64,000 bases of DNA from Macrostomum lignano (taxonomy: Eukaryota): positions 1 through 64,000 of the forward strand of contig NIVC01001646.1 of the NCBI GenBank assembly GCA_002269645.1, read 5' to 3'. Within the stretch, counting starts at the first letter, position 1. The number at the start of each line of letters is the position of its first letter. This document shows, piece by piece, positions 36,831 to 51,585 of the stretch. Below the pieces are notes generated by a model. That model had not been told where the DNA came from. It saw only the letters and a list, made by a program, of their open reading frames with translations, and made no database searches. Position numbers and translations under genes: made by a program.

Positions 36831-36935
36831 CCTTCCCCTGACGCTGCCTCCCTTCCCTTCTCCCCTCCAAAACATCCAGCATCATCCCTCTGCATCTCCC
36901 AGCTCATCGGTCCAGAAGTCAAAGTGGCGGCTCAC

Positions 36936-37086
36936 CCCGCTGCTGATCCGAATGGATCTCTTCCTCGCTGGCCCCGTGTCCGGAATCCGCGGAGGCCACC
37001 TCGTAGTCTCCGGGCGGCAGCAGGTTCTGGTGGTGCGGCATCAGCGAGTAGCTGAGCTGCTGCTGATAGTGGCAGCCATTGTGCGG
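36936..37086 (-). CDS. Internal cytoplasmic exon of the protocadherin with a CM1-like motif
   Basis: Strong acceptor (CTTTCTCTCCCCGCCCGCAG) and donor (G|GTGAGC). The 151-nt exon is phase 0 to phase 1 and encodes PHNGCHYQQ...EVASADSGHGASEEEIHSDQQR. DSGHG.SE resembles the delta-protocadherin KDSGHGDSE motif. Confidence 0.75.
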
Positions 37087-37146
37087 CTGCGGGCGGGGAG
37101 AGAGAAAGGGGTTCGGTGTTTTGGCAACTGTACGAGAGTAGCCAAT

Positions 37147-37452
37147 ATGCATGAAGGAATAGAATGGATTGCTAATCTATGCTAGATGAATGAAGGAATA
37201 GAATGGATTGCTAATCTATGTCAGATGCATGAAGGAATAGAATGGATTGCTAATCTATGCCAGATACATGAAGGAATAGAATGGATTGCTAATCTATGCC
37301 AGATGCATGAAGGAATAGAATGGATTGCTAATCTATGCCAGATGCATGAAGGAATAGAATGGATTGCTAATCTATTCCAGATGCATGAAGGAATCGAATG
37401 GATTGCTAATCTATTCCAGATGCATGAAGGAATAGAATGGACTGCTAATCTA
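37147..37452. repeat. 39-bp minisatellite (GATGCATGAAGGAATAGAATGGATTGCTAATCTATGCCA), about 8 copies
   Basis: Direct inspection; lies just upstream of the acceptor at 37087. Confidence 0.93.
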
Positions 37453-37666
37453 TCATCAATACCCAAACGAAGCAGAATAAATAACAAACATAAAGAATGT
37501 CTGTAAGATCCATAAATGCCCTGATTGCCCCACACTCATTTCTAATTAGAATGGCAATTTAGGCGACGGCGCACTTTTCTAAAACACGGAGGCTGTGTGG
37601 CGCAAGTCAATTGTGGATGGCGCCCAGGAAAAGCTGCAGCTTAAAGACAATGAGGGAGATGGAGAG

Positions 37667-37668
<2 letters not shown>

Positions 37669-37742
<74 letters not shown>
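37669..37742. repeat. (GA)n microsatellite (others at about 6459-6485 and 57978-58020)
   Basis: Direct inspection. Confidence 0.95.
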
Positions 37743-37745
<3 letters not shown>

Positions 37746-38574
37746 GAGGGCGGGTCACCGTGGCGCCACCCAGCCACTGACACAGCACAGGATGTGTAGG
37801 GGGCAGCTGCAAAGGCGCTTTATGCCTCATCATTGCATTCTCCTCCTCCTTCTTCACCCAAGTCTTCAGTCTGTCTGTAGGCCCCCAGCCTCCCGCCGCG
37901 GCGCTCTCTCGTGTCCATCTCCTTCATCTCCTTCAGCTTCCTTCATCGTCGCCCCGCCCCCCCACACACCCCGATCCGCTGCTGTTTGAGTCTGCTAATT
38001 ATTAATGGAAGACAGTCAGGTGAACAACAGAAGGGAGGGGTGGGGGAGAGGCGCAGGTGTACAAATTGTCATCCAGTTATTTCACTGCAGGTTAGTTTTA
38101 AGGTGAACTCAATAAGAACAGGGCTTAGGGAACTGGGGGGCATCTAGTTAGTGCATTAAGCAATCGCGCCAAAATTCACTGTTTTTCTGCTTCTAAAAGA
38201 ACGGAAAACGGAGCTGAAGTGAGCTGGGAAGAGGGTCGAGACTGGCCGCCCTCCATCAGCCACTCGAGGTTGAAACTTGTAAACTTTTGCCTAACTCCAA
38301 TTTGAATGCAATCAATTATGGTTTTATCCGATAGCGTCTACCCTCAGTCCCACTCCGTGTGCCCCACTTCAACGGACCGCGATGTATGAAGAAAATTGAT
38401 TTTTGGAGAATAAGAGCGATTCAAACTACTTCAAGAAAATATTGATTCATAATTTTCTAATCCAGAGAGAGAGAGAGAGAGAAACTTGGATGACGCTTTC
38501 ACAGCCTGATGGCGTCTGGGCACCTGGAGAGGTCTATACTGCGATAGATCTCATCTCATGTCATCACATCTCAT

Positions 38575-38747
38575 TTCTCCTCTCCGCTCTTCTCCTCTCC
38601 TCTCCTCTCCTCTCCTCTCCTCTCCTCTCCTCTCCTCTCCTCTCCTTTCCTCTCCTCTACTCTCCTCTCCTCTCCTCTCCTCTCCTCTCCTCTCCTCTAC
38701 TCTCCTCTCCTCTCCTCTCCTCTCCTCTCCTCTCCTCTCCTCTCCTC
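38575..38747. repeat. (CTCTC)n pentanucleotide microsatellite
   Basis: Direct inspection. Confidence 0.95.
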
Positions 38748-39117
38748 ACCCACAAGATACGATCAACTTGTACTTTTACTCGGGTCCAGAGCAATCAGTT
38801 TAGTATTTACGAGCAAAACCAGTAGTGGCCTCTGTTTAGAGCAGTGTCGGCCCAGAACTTTAAACAGTCCGCAACATTAATGAGCTGCATACGCAATGCA
38901 GGCCAAACTCAGTTGGAGATTCAGGGAAGTTTTTTAAAGCGTATGGATGCATTGGAAGATTAAAAAAGGCACAGATTGATTGGCTTTGCCTGCCAGAAGC
39001 AAACTTTGCGGCAGAAACTCGATAATAGGGAAGTGGAACACACTCCAGACTGGAGTCTACTCGCACCTGATTAAAAATACTCCCAATCAGCAGATGAAGT
39101 CGCACAAGTTTCTCTGC

Positions 39118-39592
39118 GACCTACCTACCTACCTATCTACTTACCTACCTACCTACCTACCCACTTACCTACTTACCTACCTACCTACTTACCTACCCAC
39201 ATACCTACTTACCTACCCACTTACTTACCTACTTACCTACCTACCAACTTATCTACCTACTTACCTACCTACCTTACCTACCTACCTACCTACCTACTTA
39301 TCTACCTGCCTACCTACCTTGCTACTTACCTACCTACTTTTCCTACCTCCCTACTTACCTACTTACCTATCTATCGATCTACGAGTATCTACCTACTCGT
39401 ACCCAACTATCTACCTTCCTACCTACCTACTTTACCTACCTCCATACCTACCTACCTACCTACCTACCTACCTACCTACCTATCTAACTACCTACCTACT
39501 TACCTACCTACCTACCTACCTACCTACCTACCTACCTACCTACCTACCTACCTACCTACCTACCTACCTACCTACCTACCTATCTATCTACC
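39118..39592. repeat. Impure (CTAC)n microsatellite
   Basis: Direct inspection. Confidence 0.93.
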
Positions 39593-40084
39593 AAACAAAG
39601 GACGCAGATCAAAGTTCCGCTTTGTCCCCAGTACACTGGCAGACTTGAACTTCACCTGGGTTCTATCCTAACAGGCCTCACTCCCATTATAAGAGCATCT
39701 CAGACGCTGCACTGGACTCCTGCCCACCTGTTGCAGAGTTTTCACGCCAACTCGAGCCAGAGGACCTCGCCGTAAGGGATATGGGGGAGAGAGACGCCAC
39801 TAAGATCCCATTTTGATTAAGCGAACAGTGGAGTTTAGGGACTTAAGAAAATATGCGGTCTCTTAGAAATTTTCTGAGACGCTTTGGTTTGACTGCAGCT
39901 AGGTTGTTGTTTTTTGATTGACGAAATTATCCAAATACAGTGTGCTGGCAGTGTGGGAATTTTCACCCAAGCCTAGAGCTGCCAGTCTGTCCCCAGCAGA
40001 GTGAACAGCAGCTCCCTGTGAGTGGCTTTTTAGCTAACTAACCGAAGCCGCGATTGCTTAACCTTTGAAAGTGCTGGCGTTCGG

Positions 40085-40875
40085 GGGCGCCACTTTTGGT
40101 GCCGAGAGGGCCCCACTTTTGGTGTCGAGGAGGCGCCACTTTTGGTGTCGAGAGGGCGCCACTTTTGGTGTCGAGAGGGCGCCACTTTTGGTGTCGAGGG
40201 GCGCCCTTTTTTGTGTCATAGGGTGCGCCACTTTTGGTTTCGAGGGGGCGCCACTTTTGGTGTCATAGGGGGCGCCACTTTTGGTGTCGAGGGGGTGCCA
40301 CTTTTGGTGTCATAGGGGGCGCCACTTTTGATGTCGAGGAGGCGCCACTTTTGGTGTGGATGGAGCGCCACTTTTGGTGTGGATGGGACGCCACTTTTTG
40401 TGTCATAGGGGGCGCCACTTTTGGTGTCGAAGGGCGCCACTTTTGATTTCGAAGGGGCGCCACTCTTGCTGTCGAGGGGCGCCACTTTTGGTGTCGAGAG
40501 GGCGCCACTTTTGGTGTCGAGGGGCGCCACTTTTGGTGTCAAGTGGGGTGCCACTTTCACTTTTGGTGTCGAGGGGGCGCCACTTTTGATATCGAGGGGG
40601 CGCCACTTTTGGTGTGGAGGGGTGCCACTTTTGATATCGAGGGGGCGCCACTTTTGGTGTCATAGGGGCGCCTCTCTTGGTGTCGAGAGGGCGCCACTTT
40701 TGGTGTCGAAGGGCGCCACTTTTGATGTCCAGAGGGCGCCACTTTTGGTGTCGAAGGGCGCCACATTTGATGTCGAGGGGGCGCTACTATTGCTGTCGAG
40801 GGGCGCCACTTTTGGTGTCGAGAGGGCGCCACTTTTGGTGTCGAGGGGCGCCACTTTTTGGTGTTGAGGGAGGCG
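40085..40875. repeat. Approximately 23-bp minisatellite (GCGCCACTTTTGGTGTCGAGGGG), about 35 copies
   Basis: Direct inspection. Confidence 0.93.
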
Positions 40876-41499
40876 CTACATAGATCTTTTCAGGACGCGC
40901 ATAAGAGCTGCATTCTTGTAGAGACAAGAAAGGTCATCCAGAGGCCTCCAAAATTAACAGGAAACCCTACGTGTAAGTAAAGTGTGCTCAAGCACAGGTT
41001 TAGGCATCTTAATAGTCCAGAAATAGGCTCTCCCGACAACATAAAAAGTCTCCAAGCGCAGGAACTTTGAGATCGTATTCCGCTATTAAAAATGGATCGC
41101 AGAGTGGCAGTAAACTCAGGGGGAGTTGATCTCTGTGGATTCAACACAGAAGTCAGTCAGGCAGCCAGTTGCTGTTTGCGTGAATGCTGCCGCGGATGGC
41201 GGCAGTAAAATGGAACAATGCTTCCCCATCGGGCTTGTCCAGCCTCCCATTGTCGCATTGGGGCTGGCAAATCATTTCGATAAATCGGCGGACTAGATGG
41301 GAAAGTTGCGGATTGCGTGCTTGTTCCAGCCTTAATCCTGCTGTTCTATTGTTGACGGCCGAGGTCAGGGTCGCACAGTGAAGCTGATTTTCTCTGGGGT
41401 GTTTTGGGTTTTCATAACTCCTAAAATTCTGCATTCACTATGGATTTGTTTGTCTGCTAATGCACTTATTTTAGGAGTTAGCGATTCAAGTGTTGAGGC

Positions 41500-42482
41500 A
41501 GGTGGGAGAGGGAGGTGGGAGAGGAAGGTGAGAGAGGAAGGTGAGAGAGGAAGGTGAGAGAGGGAGGTGGGAGAGGAAGGTGGGAGAGGAAGGTGGGAGA
41601 GGGGGGTGGAGAGGGATGTGGGAGAGGGGGGTGGAGAGGGAGGTGGGAGAGGGGGGTGGAGAGGGAGGTGGGAGAGGGGGTGGAGAGGGAGGTGGGAGAG
41701 GGGGTGGAGAGGGAGGTGGGAGAGGGGGTGGAGAGGGAGGTGGGAGAGGGAGGTGGGAGAGGAAGGTGGGAGAGGAAGGTGGGAGAGGGGGGTGGAGAGG
41801 GATGTGGGAGAGGGGGGTGGAGAGGGAGGTGGGAGAGGGAGGTGGGAGAGGGAGGTGGGAGAGGGAGGTGGGAGAGGGAGGTGGGAGAGGGAGGTGGGAG
41901 AGGGGGTGGAGAGGGATGTGGGAGAGGGGGTGGGAGAGGAAGGTGGGAGAGGGGGGTGGAGAGGGATGTGGGAGAGGGGGTGGAGAGGGAGGTGGGAGAG
42001 GGAGGTGGGAGAGGGAGGTGGGAGAGGGAGGTGGGAGAGGGAGGTGGGAGAGGGAGGTGGGAGAGGGGGTGGAGAGGGATGTGGGAGAGGGGGTGGAGAG
42101 GGAGGTGGGAGAGGGGGTGGAGAGGGAGGTGGGAGAGGGAGGTGGGAGAGGGAGGTGGGAAAGGGAGGTGGGAGAGGGAGGTGGGAGAGGGAGGTGGGAG
42201 AGGGAAGTGGGAGAGGAAGGTGGGAGAGGAAGGTGGGAGAGGGGGTGGAGAGGGATGTGGGAGAGGGGGTGGAGAGGGAGGTGGGAGAGGGAGGTGGGAG
42301 AGGGAGGTGGGAGAGGGAGGTGGGAGAGGGAGGTGGGAGAGGGAGGTGGGAGAGGGAGGTGGGAGAGGGAGGTGGGAGAAGGGAGGTGGGAGAGGGAGGT
42401 GGGAGAGGGGGATGGAGAGGCGGGTGGGAGAGGGTGGTGGGAGAGGGAGGTGGGAGAGGGAGGTGGGAGAAGGTGGGGGGGA
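41500..42482. repeat. 13-bp G-rich minisatellite (GGAGGTGGGAGAG) with G-quadruplex potential on the plus strand
   Basis: Direct inspection; regularly spaced GGG/GG runs. Confidence 0.95.
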
Positions 42483-43627
42483 GAGAGAGACAGGTGAGTA
42501 TGCGCCCAGCAAACACGCAGAATCAAAGCAGTCCAGAGCCCTCCAGCCCCGAAGCAGCATGCAAGGTGGATGACACTCGCGAAAGACTGCATGGGGAAAA
42601 AGCAGAAAAAGTCAAATGAAGAGGCAACGTGAAAGAAAAAGAAATCAATTATGGCAGTCGAGAGAGGAGGCCAGAAAAAATTGGTGAATAACGGTTCCGG
42701 GCGAGGTGGTGGCACAGATTCGTGACTCAACATTTATTTCTCTTCATTTAATTTTTTACACCAGCGAGAGATGGCGGGCACGGCCGCTGCTGCTGAGCCG
42801 CGTGGGAAAGGCAAACACGGGCCTTCTGGCAACATTTCCCCTCAATTGGGACCGCCATCGCACCTGGCCTTCTCAGGGCCTGCCCGGGGCCTGTTGGCCC
42901 TGCCCAATTTGAGGAGAAAAATTATTGCGGAAGGAGTAGCAACAGAAATTTGAATATGAAATATCTGCAACAAAGTAGGGAAGAAGCCGGATCTGGGAGC
43001 TGTCTGAGAGGCCGAACCTGCCTGACACAGCGGGAGGGGGTAAAATCAGATCCCCTAATAATAAACTGGGGGCAGCGAGATCCTCTTTAATCACGCAAAT
43101 CCGGTGATAGGGATGGCCGGTGCGCCCAGCCTCTTGTTATGCAAATTGTTAAAGTGCAATTTCAACTCCGCGGGGATTAGAGAGAGAGGGGGGAGAATCG
43201 CGAGGCTGAGAAGGGGATGCTGGAAGCAGATGGACTGATGAAGAGAGGACAGCGCTCTCTTTTTAAGACTGGCCGAAGCCCTCTTTTTATTCTCCCTTTT
43301 CACACTTTGCTTCACTGAGTCGAAGAAATTGCGGAGTCCTTGGCGAGATGAGGAAGGGACGGAAGCTGCGAGGCTCTCCATCTCATTAAGTTGAGCCCGC
43401 ACGGTTCCTTCGAGTCAAATTCTGAGAGAAGAAAAGGGTTGTTTTATTCTGCTGGCCAGCTGCTTGCAAATGTGAAAGACAATCCATTGAATAGAGAGCC
43501 GAATTGCAATTCAGTAAGTGCCTTTTCCAGCTGCACACAATGGCGCCGTACAGTATGGCAGCTACCTGACAGTTGACACTGACGGCTGCTTCTTGAACTG
43601 AATGACAGAATGATCTCATCATCAGTG

Positions 43628-45703
<2,076 letters not shown>

Positions 45704-45980
45704 GCTATCTACCATCTATTGCCAGGACCTTCACCGGAGCGGTTACGAAAATTAGATTTCTCGGTAGTTGCACGTACTCTTTTGCACTACTTGAGTAGTC
45801 TGATTTTCGTTCGGCATGGCTGGTTCCAGCAGGTAGTTCCTCTGGATAAAAGCGCTTACCGCGCCCATTGGCTTTCCAGCTGCCTTAATCGTTTCCGGTG
45901 ATCTTGTGTGTGTGCATTCAGCTTGATTGGCTGCGGCAAGCAAGCTCGAAAGAGCTCGCTTCGCTCGCTCTTTCTCGCTA
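45704..45980 (-). mobile_element. GATA-microsatellite-embedded short interspersed element, copy A (longer copy)
   Basis: 45704-45929 is the exact reverse complement of 54534-54759. It is flanked on both sides by TATC repeats and has an extra approximately 50 bp containing the hairpin AGCTC-GAAA-GAGCT. Confidence 0.75.
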
Positions 45981-46624
45981 TCTACTATCTATCTATCTAT
46001 CTATCTAGCTATCTATCCTCAACGGCAATAAATCAATCAATCAATCAATTAATGCATGTTTAATCACCTACCAGAAGCTACTTACAGCAGGTCTAAGCAA
46101 CCAGAAGGGACAGTTTTCCCATTTTGCTGTTGGAGCAGCCTAGGGGAGAAACACGAAATTTCCATAAAAACGATTCTTCAGAACAAATTTTCAGAGAACT
46201 CAGCAGCGAGCAGCTTTCGCTCAGAACTGGTCAAACACACAGTCTTGGCAGCAAAATTCGATTTCAATGTCAATGCCTTTCAGAGTCCGGAGGCCCGTCC
46301 TCAGCCCGCTGTCTCCGTCCAACAGTTCAAACAGGGGGGGGGGGGGGACACGCAGCCCCGAGGCCCAGCTGACAACTCGCCGACTTTATTCAGCGCATGG
46401 TGTTTGCACTGCCACCCCCCCTGCCCCCAGCTTCCGCGATGGGGCATGTAGGCGGAGCGGCTTTCGGACTGAAATTTGGGCCCTAGAAAAGAAATCAATT
46501 GTTCCTCATCGCAGTCATCGACTCAGTGCAGCTGGAGAGGGGATTTTTGGGGATTTATGGTGCCGCGTGACAAACTGCCGAATTTGAGGATTAAAATCCA
46601 TCTGGTTCTCGCAGAACTGAAATA

Positions 46625-46695
46625 CTGCAATAGAAAACTGCAATAGAAAACTGCAATAGAAAACTGCAATAGAAAACTGCAATAGAAAACTGAAA
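46625..46695. repeat. 13-bp repeat (AAAACTGCAATAG), about 5 copies
   Basis: Direct inspection. Confidence 0.9.
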
Positions 46696-47498
46696 GTTGC
46701 CGAAACGCGGATTAATGTTGATGAGGCTAACAATATTTTTAAACAGAGACTTGCCTCGCAGCCTGAACTGCCCGCAGGGACTTGACCTGACCCGGGGAGA
46801 CTGTGCGCTAAGCTGATGGCACTTTGAAGGGGAGGCAGAGGCAGCGGACAAGAGTGAAAATAGAGAAAAAAACCTGACTCAAGAAGAGCCTCTGTCGCTT
46901 TTCTGTCCGCTTCCTCCTCTTTCTGTTGGAGCACAATTTTTTATTGCTCTTTCTGACACACTGGGGAGATGGGAGAAAACTTTACTTTGGCGTGCACTTG
47001 TATTTGGGCAAAGAATGGAGTTTGATGATGAGCAAAAGCTGGAACTGCATCGGGGGGGGAGTCCGTTAGCCGTCGGACTAGCTCATAACGGGCCATAGAG
47101 ATCATTAAAAATGATAGGACGCTATTCAATATCTGTGAGAGGGGGGCTGGCGGCAGGTGGTGAGGTCGCATCACACAGTCTTCCCTTATGCGAACGATAA
47201 AGACTCAAGTGACATCTCAACTGTTCAATAAGAAGATTAACCAAGCAGCCGCAGTGTCGGCTCAGGTTTTTTATCAGATCGGGGAGCGGGCAACAATATA
47301 CCAAGCAGCGGGAACGCTAATTCCAATATATCGAGCGGGATTAAGAAGTAGACGGGTCTCAAGCTGACTGTGCGGGCGGTGACGTTGGGGGGGGGGTAAT
47401 TAACCCTTTCCACCCCTGGTGGCAGCGGCGGTGGACCGGGAATCAGTTGGAGGGGGCGGGAGAAAAAAATGCCTCAGTCAACCCCTCAGACGAGTTAC

Positions 47499-47699
47499 GT
47501 AATCTGGCAGGGGTCCCCCTGGCCGAGACGGGGGCGCCGTTAGTTGGACCGGCATTCCTGCCTGCCCGTCTCTTGAATGTCTGAACGGGCAGTTAGAGGA
47601 GAAGGAGGGCTGGTGGCGCGACGCAGGACATTCCAGAGTGGACGATTGGTTTGATTGAGAGACTGGGAGACTTGGGGGCGAGGGGTCGGACAGTCTCAG
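47499..47699 (-). CDS. Candidate additional cytoplasmic exon of the protocadherin (67 codons, phase 0/0)
   Basis: Open Ser/Pro-rich frame LRLSDPSPP...GPLPDY between a CAG acceptor (weak pyrimidine tract) and a GTAACT donor. Phases are compatible with the neighbouring exons. Confidence 0.4.
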
Positions 47700-47794
47700 C
47701 TGACCCATCCGTCATTTTTGGGCTGAAGAAAAATGCTCCCCGCCGGCCCAAATGAATAACTCTTCCCCATCATTGACAGGTTGGCCAGCCTCAC

Positions 47795-47912
47795 CTCCCG
47801 GATGCGCAGAGTTCCTCCGTCCGGAGTCGGCTGGTGCCCGAAAGTTGTCAGCAGCTGCCGCCGGCTGCCTCCGCCGTCCGTCGGGAAGCTTCCAGTGCTG
47901 CCGCCACCGCCG

Positions 47913-47950
<38 letters not shown>

Positions 47951-50900
47951 GTCCATGCCGGCTGGTGGGCCGCGATCCGCCGCCGCTGCCGCTGCCGCCG
48001 CTTCCGCCTGGCGCCCGCCGCCTTTGCTGCGGCGTCTCCGATCGCCTCCTCTGCCGCCGCCGCCGCCGCCGCCACCGCCACCGCTGCCGCTGGAAGATCC
48101 CAGGAAGCAGGGCTGGCGCCTGTTCAACAGCACGATGGCCACGACCAGCACCACGGTGATGAAGCTGGAGGCCACCACGATGATGAGCAGCACCGTCCAG
48201 TTGTAGCCGGAGCCCCAGCCGGCTCCCAGCCGGTCCGACCGAGCCGCCGACACGAGCACGCTGAAGTTCAGCCAGACCGTGTGCGGCCGCGGCGCCCCGC
48301 TGTCCGTGACGGCCAGGCTCAGCTGGTGCCGGCCGGGCGCCAGTGCGTTGGCCACCCGCAGCTGGCCGCTGCCCGAGTCGATTTCGAATAGGCGAACCCG
48401 CTGACGCAGCCGGAGGTGCAGCGAGCCGCGGCGCAGGCAGTCGATTGCCGATTCTGACGGCTCGCAGTCGTCTGCGTCGGTGGCTTCGATCTGCCGATGG
48501 TGGTTGGTGGCGATGAGGGAATTAAAATGAATCATAAATGCTGAGAAGAAATGGGAAGTTCTGAGAAGGAAATGAGAAGTTTCTGAGAAGGAAATGAGAA
48601 AGTTTCTGAGAAGGAAATGAGAAGTTTCTGAGAAGGAAATGAGAAGTTTCTGAGAAGGAAATGAGAAGTTTCTGAGAAGGAAATGAGAAGTTTCTGAGAA
48701 GGAAATGAGAAGTTTCTGAGAAGGAAATGAGAAGTTTCTGAGAAGGAAATGAGAAGTTTCTGAGAAGGAAATGAGAAGTTTCTGAGAAGGAAATGAGAAG
48801 TTTCTGAGAAGGAAATCAGAAGGAAATGAGAAGTTTCTGAGAAGGAAATGAGAAAGTTTCTGAGAAGGAAATGAGAAAGTTACTGAGAAGGAAATGAGAA
48901 GGAAATGAGAAGTTTCTGAGAAGGAAATGAGAAGTTTCTCTGCAGAAAACGAGCGGTCCGAGGGCCAACCTGAGTGACGGTGGCTCCCACGGGCTGCTGG
49001 TCGGTGATGTTGAACTGCTGGTTCGGTGCGGGCCGCAGAATTCGTGGCGGATTGTCGTTGAGATCGCGCAGCCGGACGGTGACGGTGGCGGTGGTCTCCT
49101 GCACCGGCGGGCCGCCGACATTCCTCAGCGCCACCATCAGCAGGTGCTGCGGCGCCGCCTCCCGGTCGAGGACGCCGCGGGCGGAGACTCGGCCGTCCGG
49201 TTCCACAGTGAAGTTGAGGTTGAGTCCAGGCGGACTGCGCAGAGTCCTGAGCAGCCGGAAGCTGGTCCGGTGGTTGTCGGTGTTCGGCTGGTCGCGGTCC
49301 GTGTAGGCGAGCTGGCCGATGGGGATGAAGGCGGCGAAGTGGCTACCGAAGGTCTCGTTGACGGTCAGTGTGCTGGGCTCGGCCAGCTGCGGCGGATTGT
49401 CGTTGATGTCGACAATCTTGACGTTCACCCGGGTGCTGCTGGTGTGCAGGCCGTCGGAGGCTTCGATCGTCAGGACGCAGACTGGCTGAGCTCCTTCGAA
49501 GCTGGTCATCGCCTCGCGGTCCAACGGCGCCAGAGTGCGGATGGTGCCGGTGGCGGCGTCCACCTGGAAGTGGCCCTTGTCCAGGCACTCATCCGCCAGC
49601 CGGTAGGTGATGTTGGCCGTGGCGTCGGCGTCCGTGGCCGTCACCTTGGCAACGAATTCGTTCTCCAGCTGCTCGGGCACCTGCCGATCGTAGACTATCA
49701 TGTCTGGAAACTCCGGCGCGTGCTCGTTGACGTCCTCGATGTCAATGGCGAAGGTCTTGTTGACGGTGCGCCTTGGCTTGCCGTGGTCCCAGCACTCGAC
49801 GGTCAGTGAGTCCTGCGCCTGTGCCTCGCGATCGTACAGCCGCGTGGAGTTCAGCGCGTAGATCTCCGCCTCGCTGGCAGTCGGGAGCAGCCGCATGACG
49901 AATCTGTCGCCGCCCTCGGTCAGTCGGCAGTCGACCCGCCCGTTGTCGCCGAGGTCGCCGTCAGAGACGCGCAGAACGGCGAACCGGCCGTTGACGACGT
50001 TTTCGCGGAGGGACGGCGCCGCCGACCGGGCCTGCAGCGACATCTCCGGCGCGTGGTCGTTCACGTCAAGGACGTCGATGATCACCCGCGCGGTGTCGCT
50101 CAACGGCGTGGCGCCGCTGTCCGAGACGCGGACGTCGAAGGAGATCCGGGCCTGGTCGGCGGCGTTCAACGGCCCGACAAGAAACAGATCGCCATCAGCG
50201 CCGATGTCGAAGGCCTCGCCGCCGGGAGGAACAATGGAGTACACCAGCCGGCCGTTCTCGCCGTCGTCGGCGTCGGTGGCTTTCAGACGGTCGACCAGCA
50301 CCCTCTGGCCAGATTTGTAGTCGGACTCGGACACGGGTCCGAGGCGGTACTCGCGCTGGCTGAACTTCGGCAAGTTGTCGTTCACGTCCAGGACTCGAAT
50401 CTGGGGAGGGGAGGGAGGAGGGGGAGTTGTAAGGGGGAACGTCGAGAAATGATGAGGGGAATGATGAGGGGAATGATGGGAGGGAATGATGAGGGGAATG
50501 ATGGGAGGGAATGATAAGGGGAATGATGGGAGGGAATGATGAGGGGAATGATGGGAGGGAATGATGAGGGGAATGATGGGAGGGAATGATGAGGGGAATG
50601 ATGGGAGGGAATGATAAGGGGAATGATGGGAGGGAATGATGAGGAGAATGATGAGGGGAATGATGAGGGGAATGATGGGAGGGAATGCTGAGGGGAATGT
50701 TGAGGGGAATGATGAGGGGAATGCTGAGGGGAATGTTGAGGGGAATGATGAGGGGAATGCTGAGGGGAATGCTAAGGGGAATGATGAGGGTAATAATAAG
50801 GGGAATGATGCAGGAATGATGCAGGAATGATGAGGGAAATGATGCGAGCTCTACAAGCAGGCGCCCCCAACCTGCACAGTGGTGGTGTTGCACAGCCGTT

Positions 50901-51585
50901 GTGAGGCTCTGTCGCAGGCCTCCAGCGTGATGTTGTAGCCGCGCAGTTTCTCATAGTCCAGCCCCGGACCGACCAGCAGCTGCGGCTGGGCCGTGTCGGC
51001 CCTACTGAGCCGGTCCACCTTGAGCCTGGACGGCTCGCTAATGCTCACGATTCGAGTGAGGGTGGCCCCGTTGAGGCCGGCGTCCCGGTCTGTCACGGCG
51101 GGCAGCTGCAGTGTCTGATCGTTGACGTTCTCGGTGACCTCCAGCGGCGCGTGCAGCGGAGCAAACGTTGGCGCGTTGTCATTTTTGTCCCGGATGACGA
51201 GCTCCAACTGGATGACGGTGACCGGGCTGGGCCGGTCAAAGTTCTCCAGCCGCAGGTTGAAGGACTTTCGACACTCCGGCAGGTTCGGGCAGTGCATCTC
51301 GGCGCTGTCACGGTCGATTCGTCGCTTCAAACGCAGCCGACCTTCATCGTCGACCACGACGAGCTGACTGGCGAGCTCCCAGCCCGGGCCGAAGCCTCTC
51401 GGCTGGGTGAGCGTCAGGCGGTCGCCCGGCGCGGGTTGCAGCCTGAGGCAGTCGGTGTACAGGTTGGGCCCCTCCAGCGTGGCGCCTGGCTCCACCTCCT
51501 CGACTACGGTGAACTGGCAGGCGGCATCGCCTTCAACGGTGACGACGGCGAGGCGCAGGAGGCAGAGGAGGGCCGGAATGAGCAT
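47795..51585 (-). CDS. Protocadherin (delta-type, 7 cadherin repeats): signal peptide, ectodomain, TM and juxtamembrane region, in three exons
   Basis: Exons 51585-50872 (238 codons), 50400-48970 (477) and 48490-47795 (232) are all phase 0. Signal peptide MLIPALLCLLRLAVVTVEG. EC1 has DRD and the Cx5C motif CPNLPEC. Linkers: IRDKNDNAP, VLDVNDNLP, VLDVNDHAP, IEDVNEHAP, IVDINDNPP, LRDLNDNPP. TM: WTVLLIIVVASSFITVVLVVAIVLL. An upstream acceptor at 51600-51601 implies a 5' non-coding exon. Confidence 0.95.
48545..48940. repeat. 22-bp minisatellite (GAGAAGGAAATGAGAAGTTTCT), about 18 copies, filling protocadherin intron 2
   Basis: Direct inspection. Confidence 0.95.
50445..50838. repeat. 12-bp minisatellite (GATGAGGGGAAT) filling protocadherin intron 1
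   Basis: Direct inspection. Confidence 0.93.

Noticed and set aside
42873-43402. Minus-strand ORFs (e.g. RQGLRNFFDSVKQSVKRENKK) within the large protocadherin intron
   Set aside because: No recognisable domain, no convincing phase-0 splice boundaries, and lower GC than the true exons.
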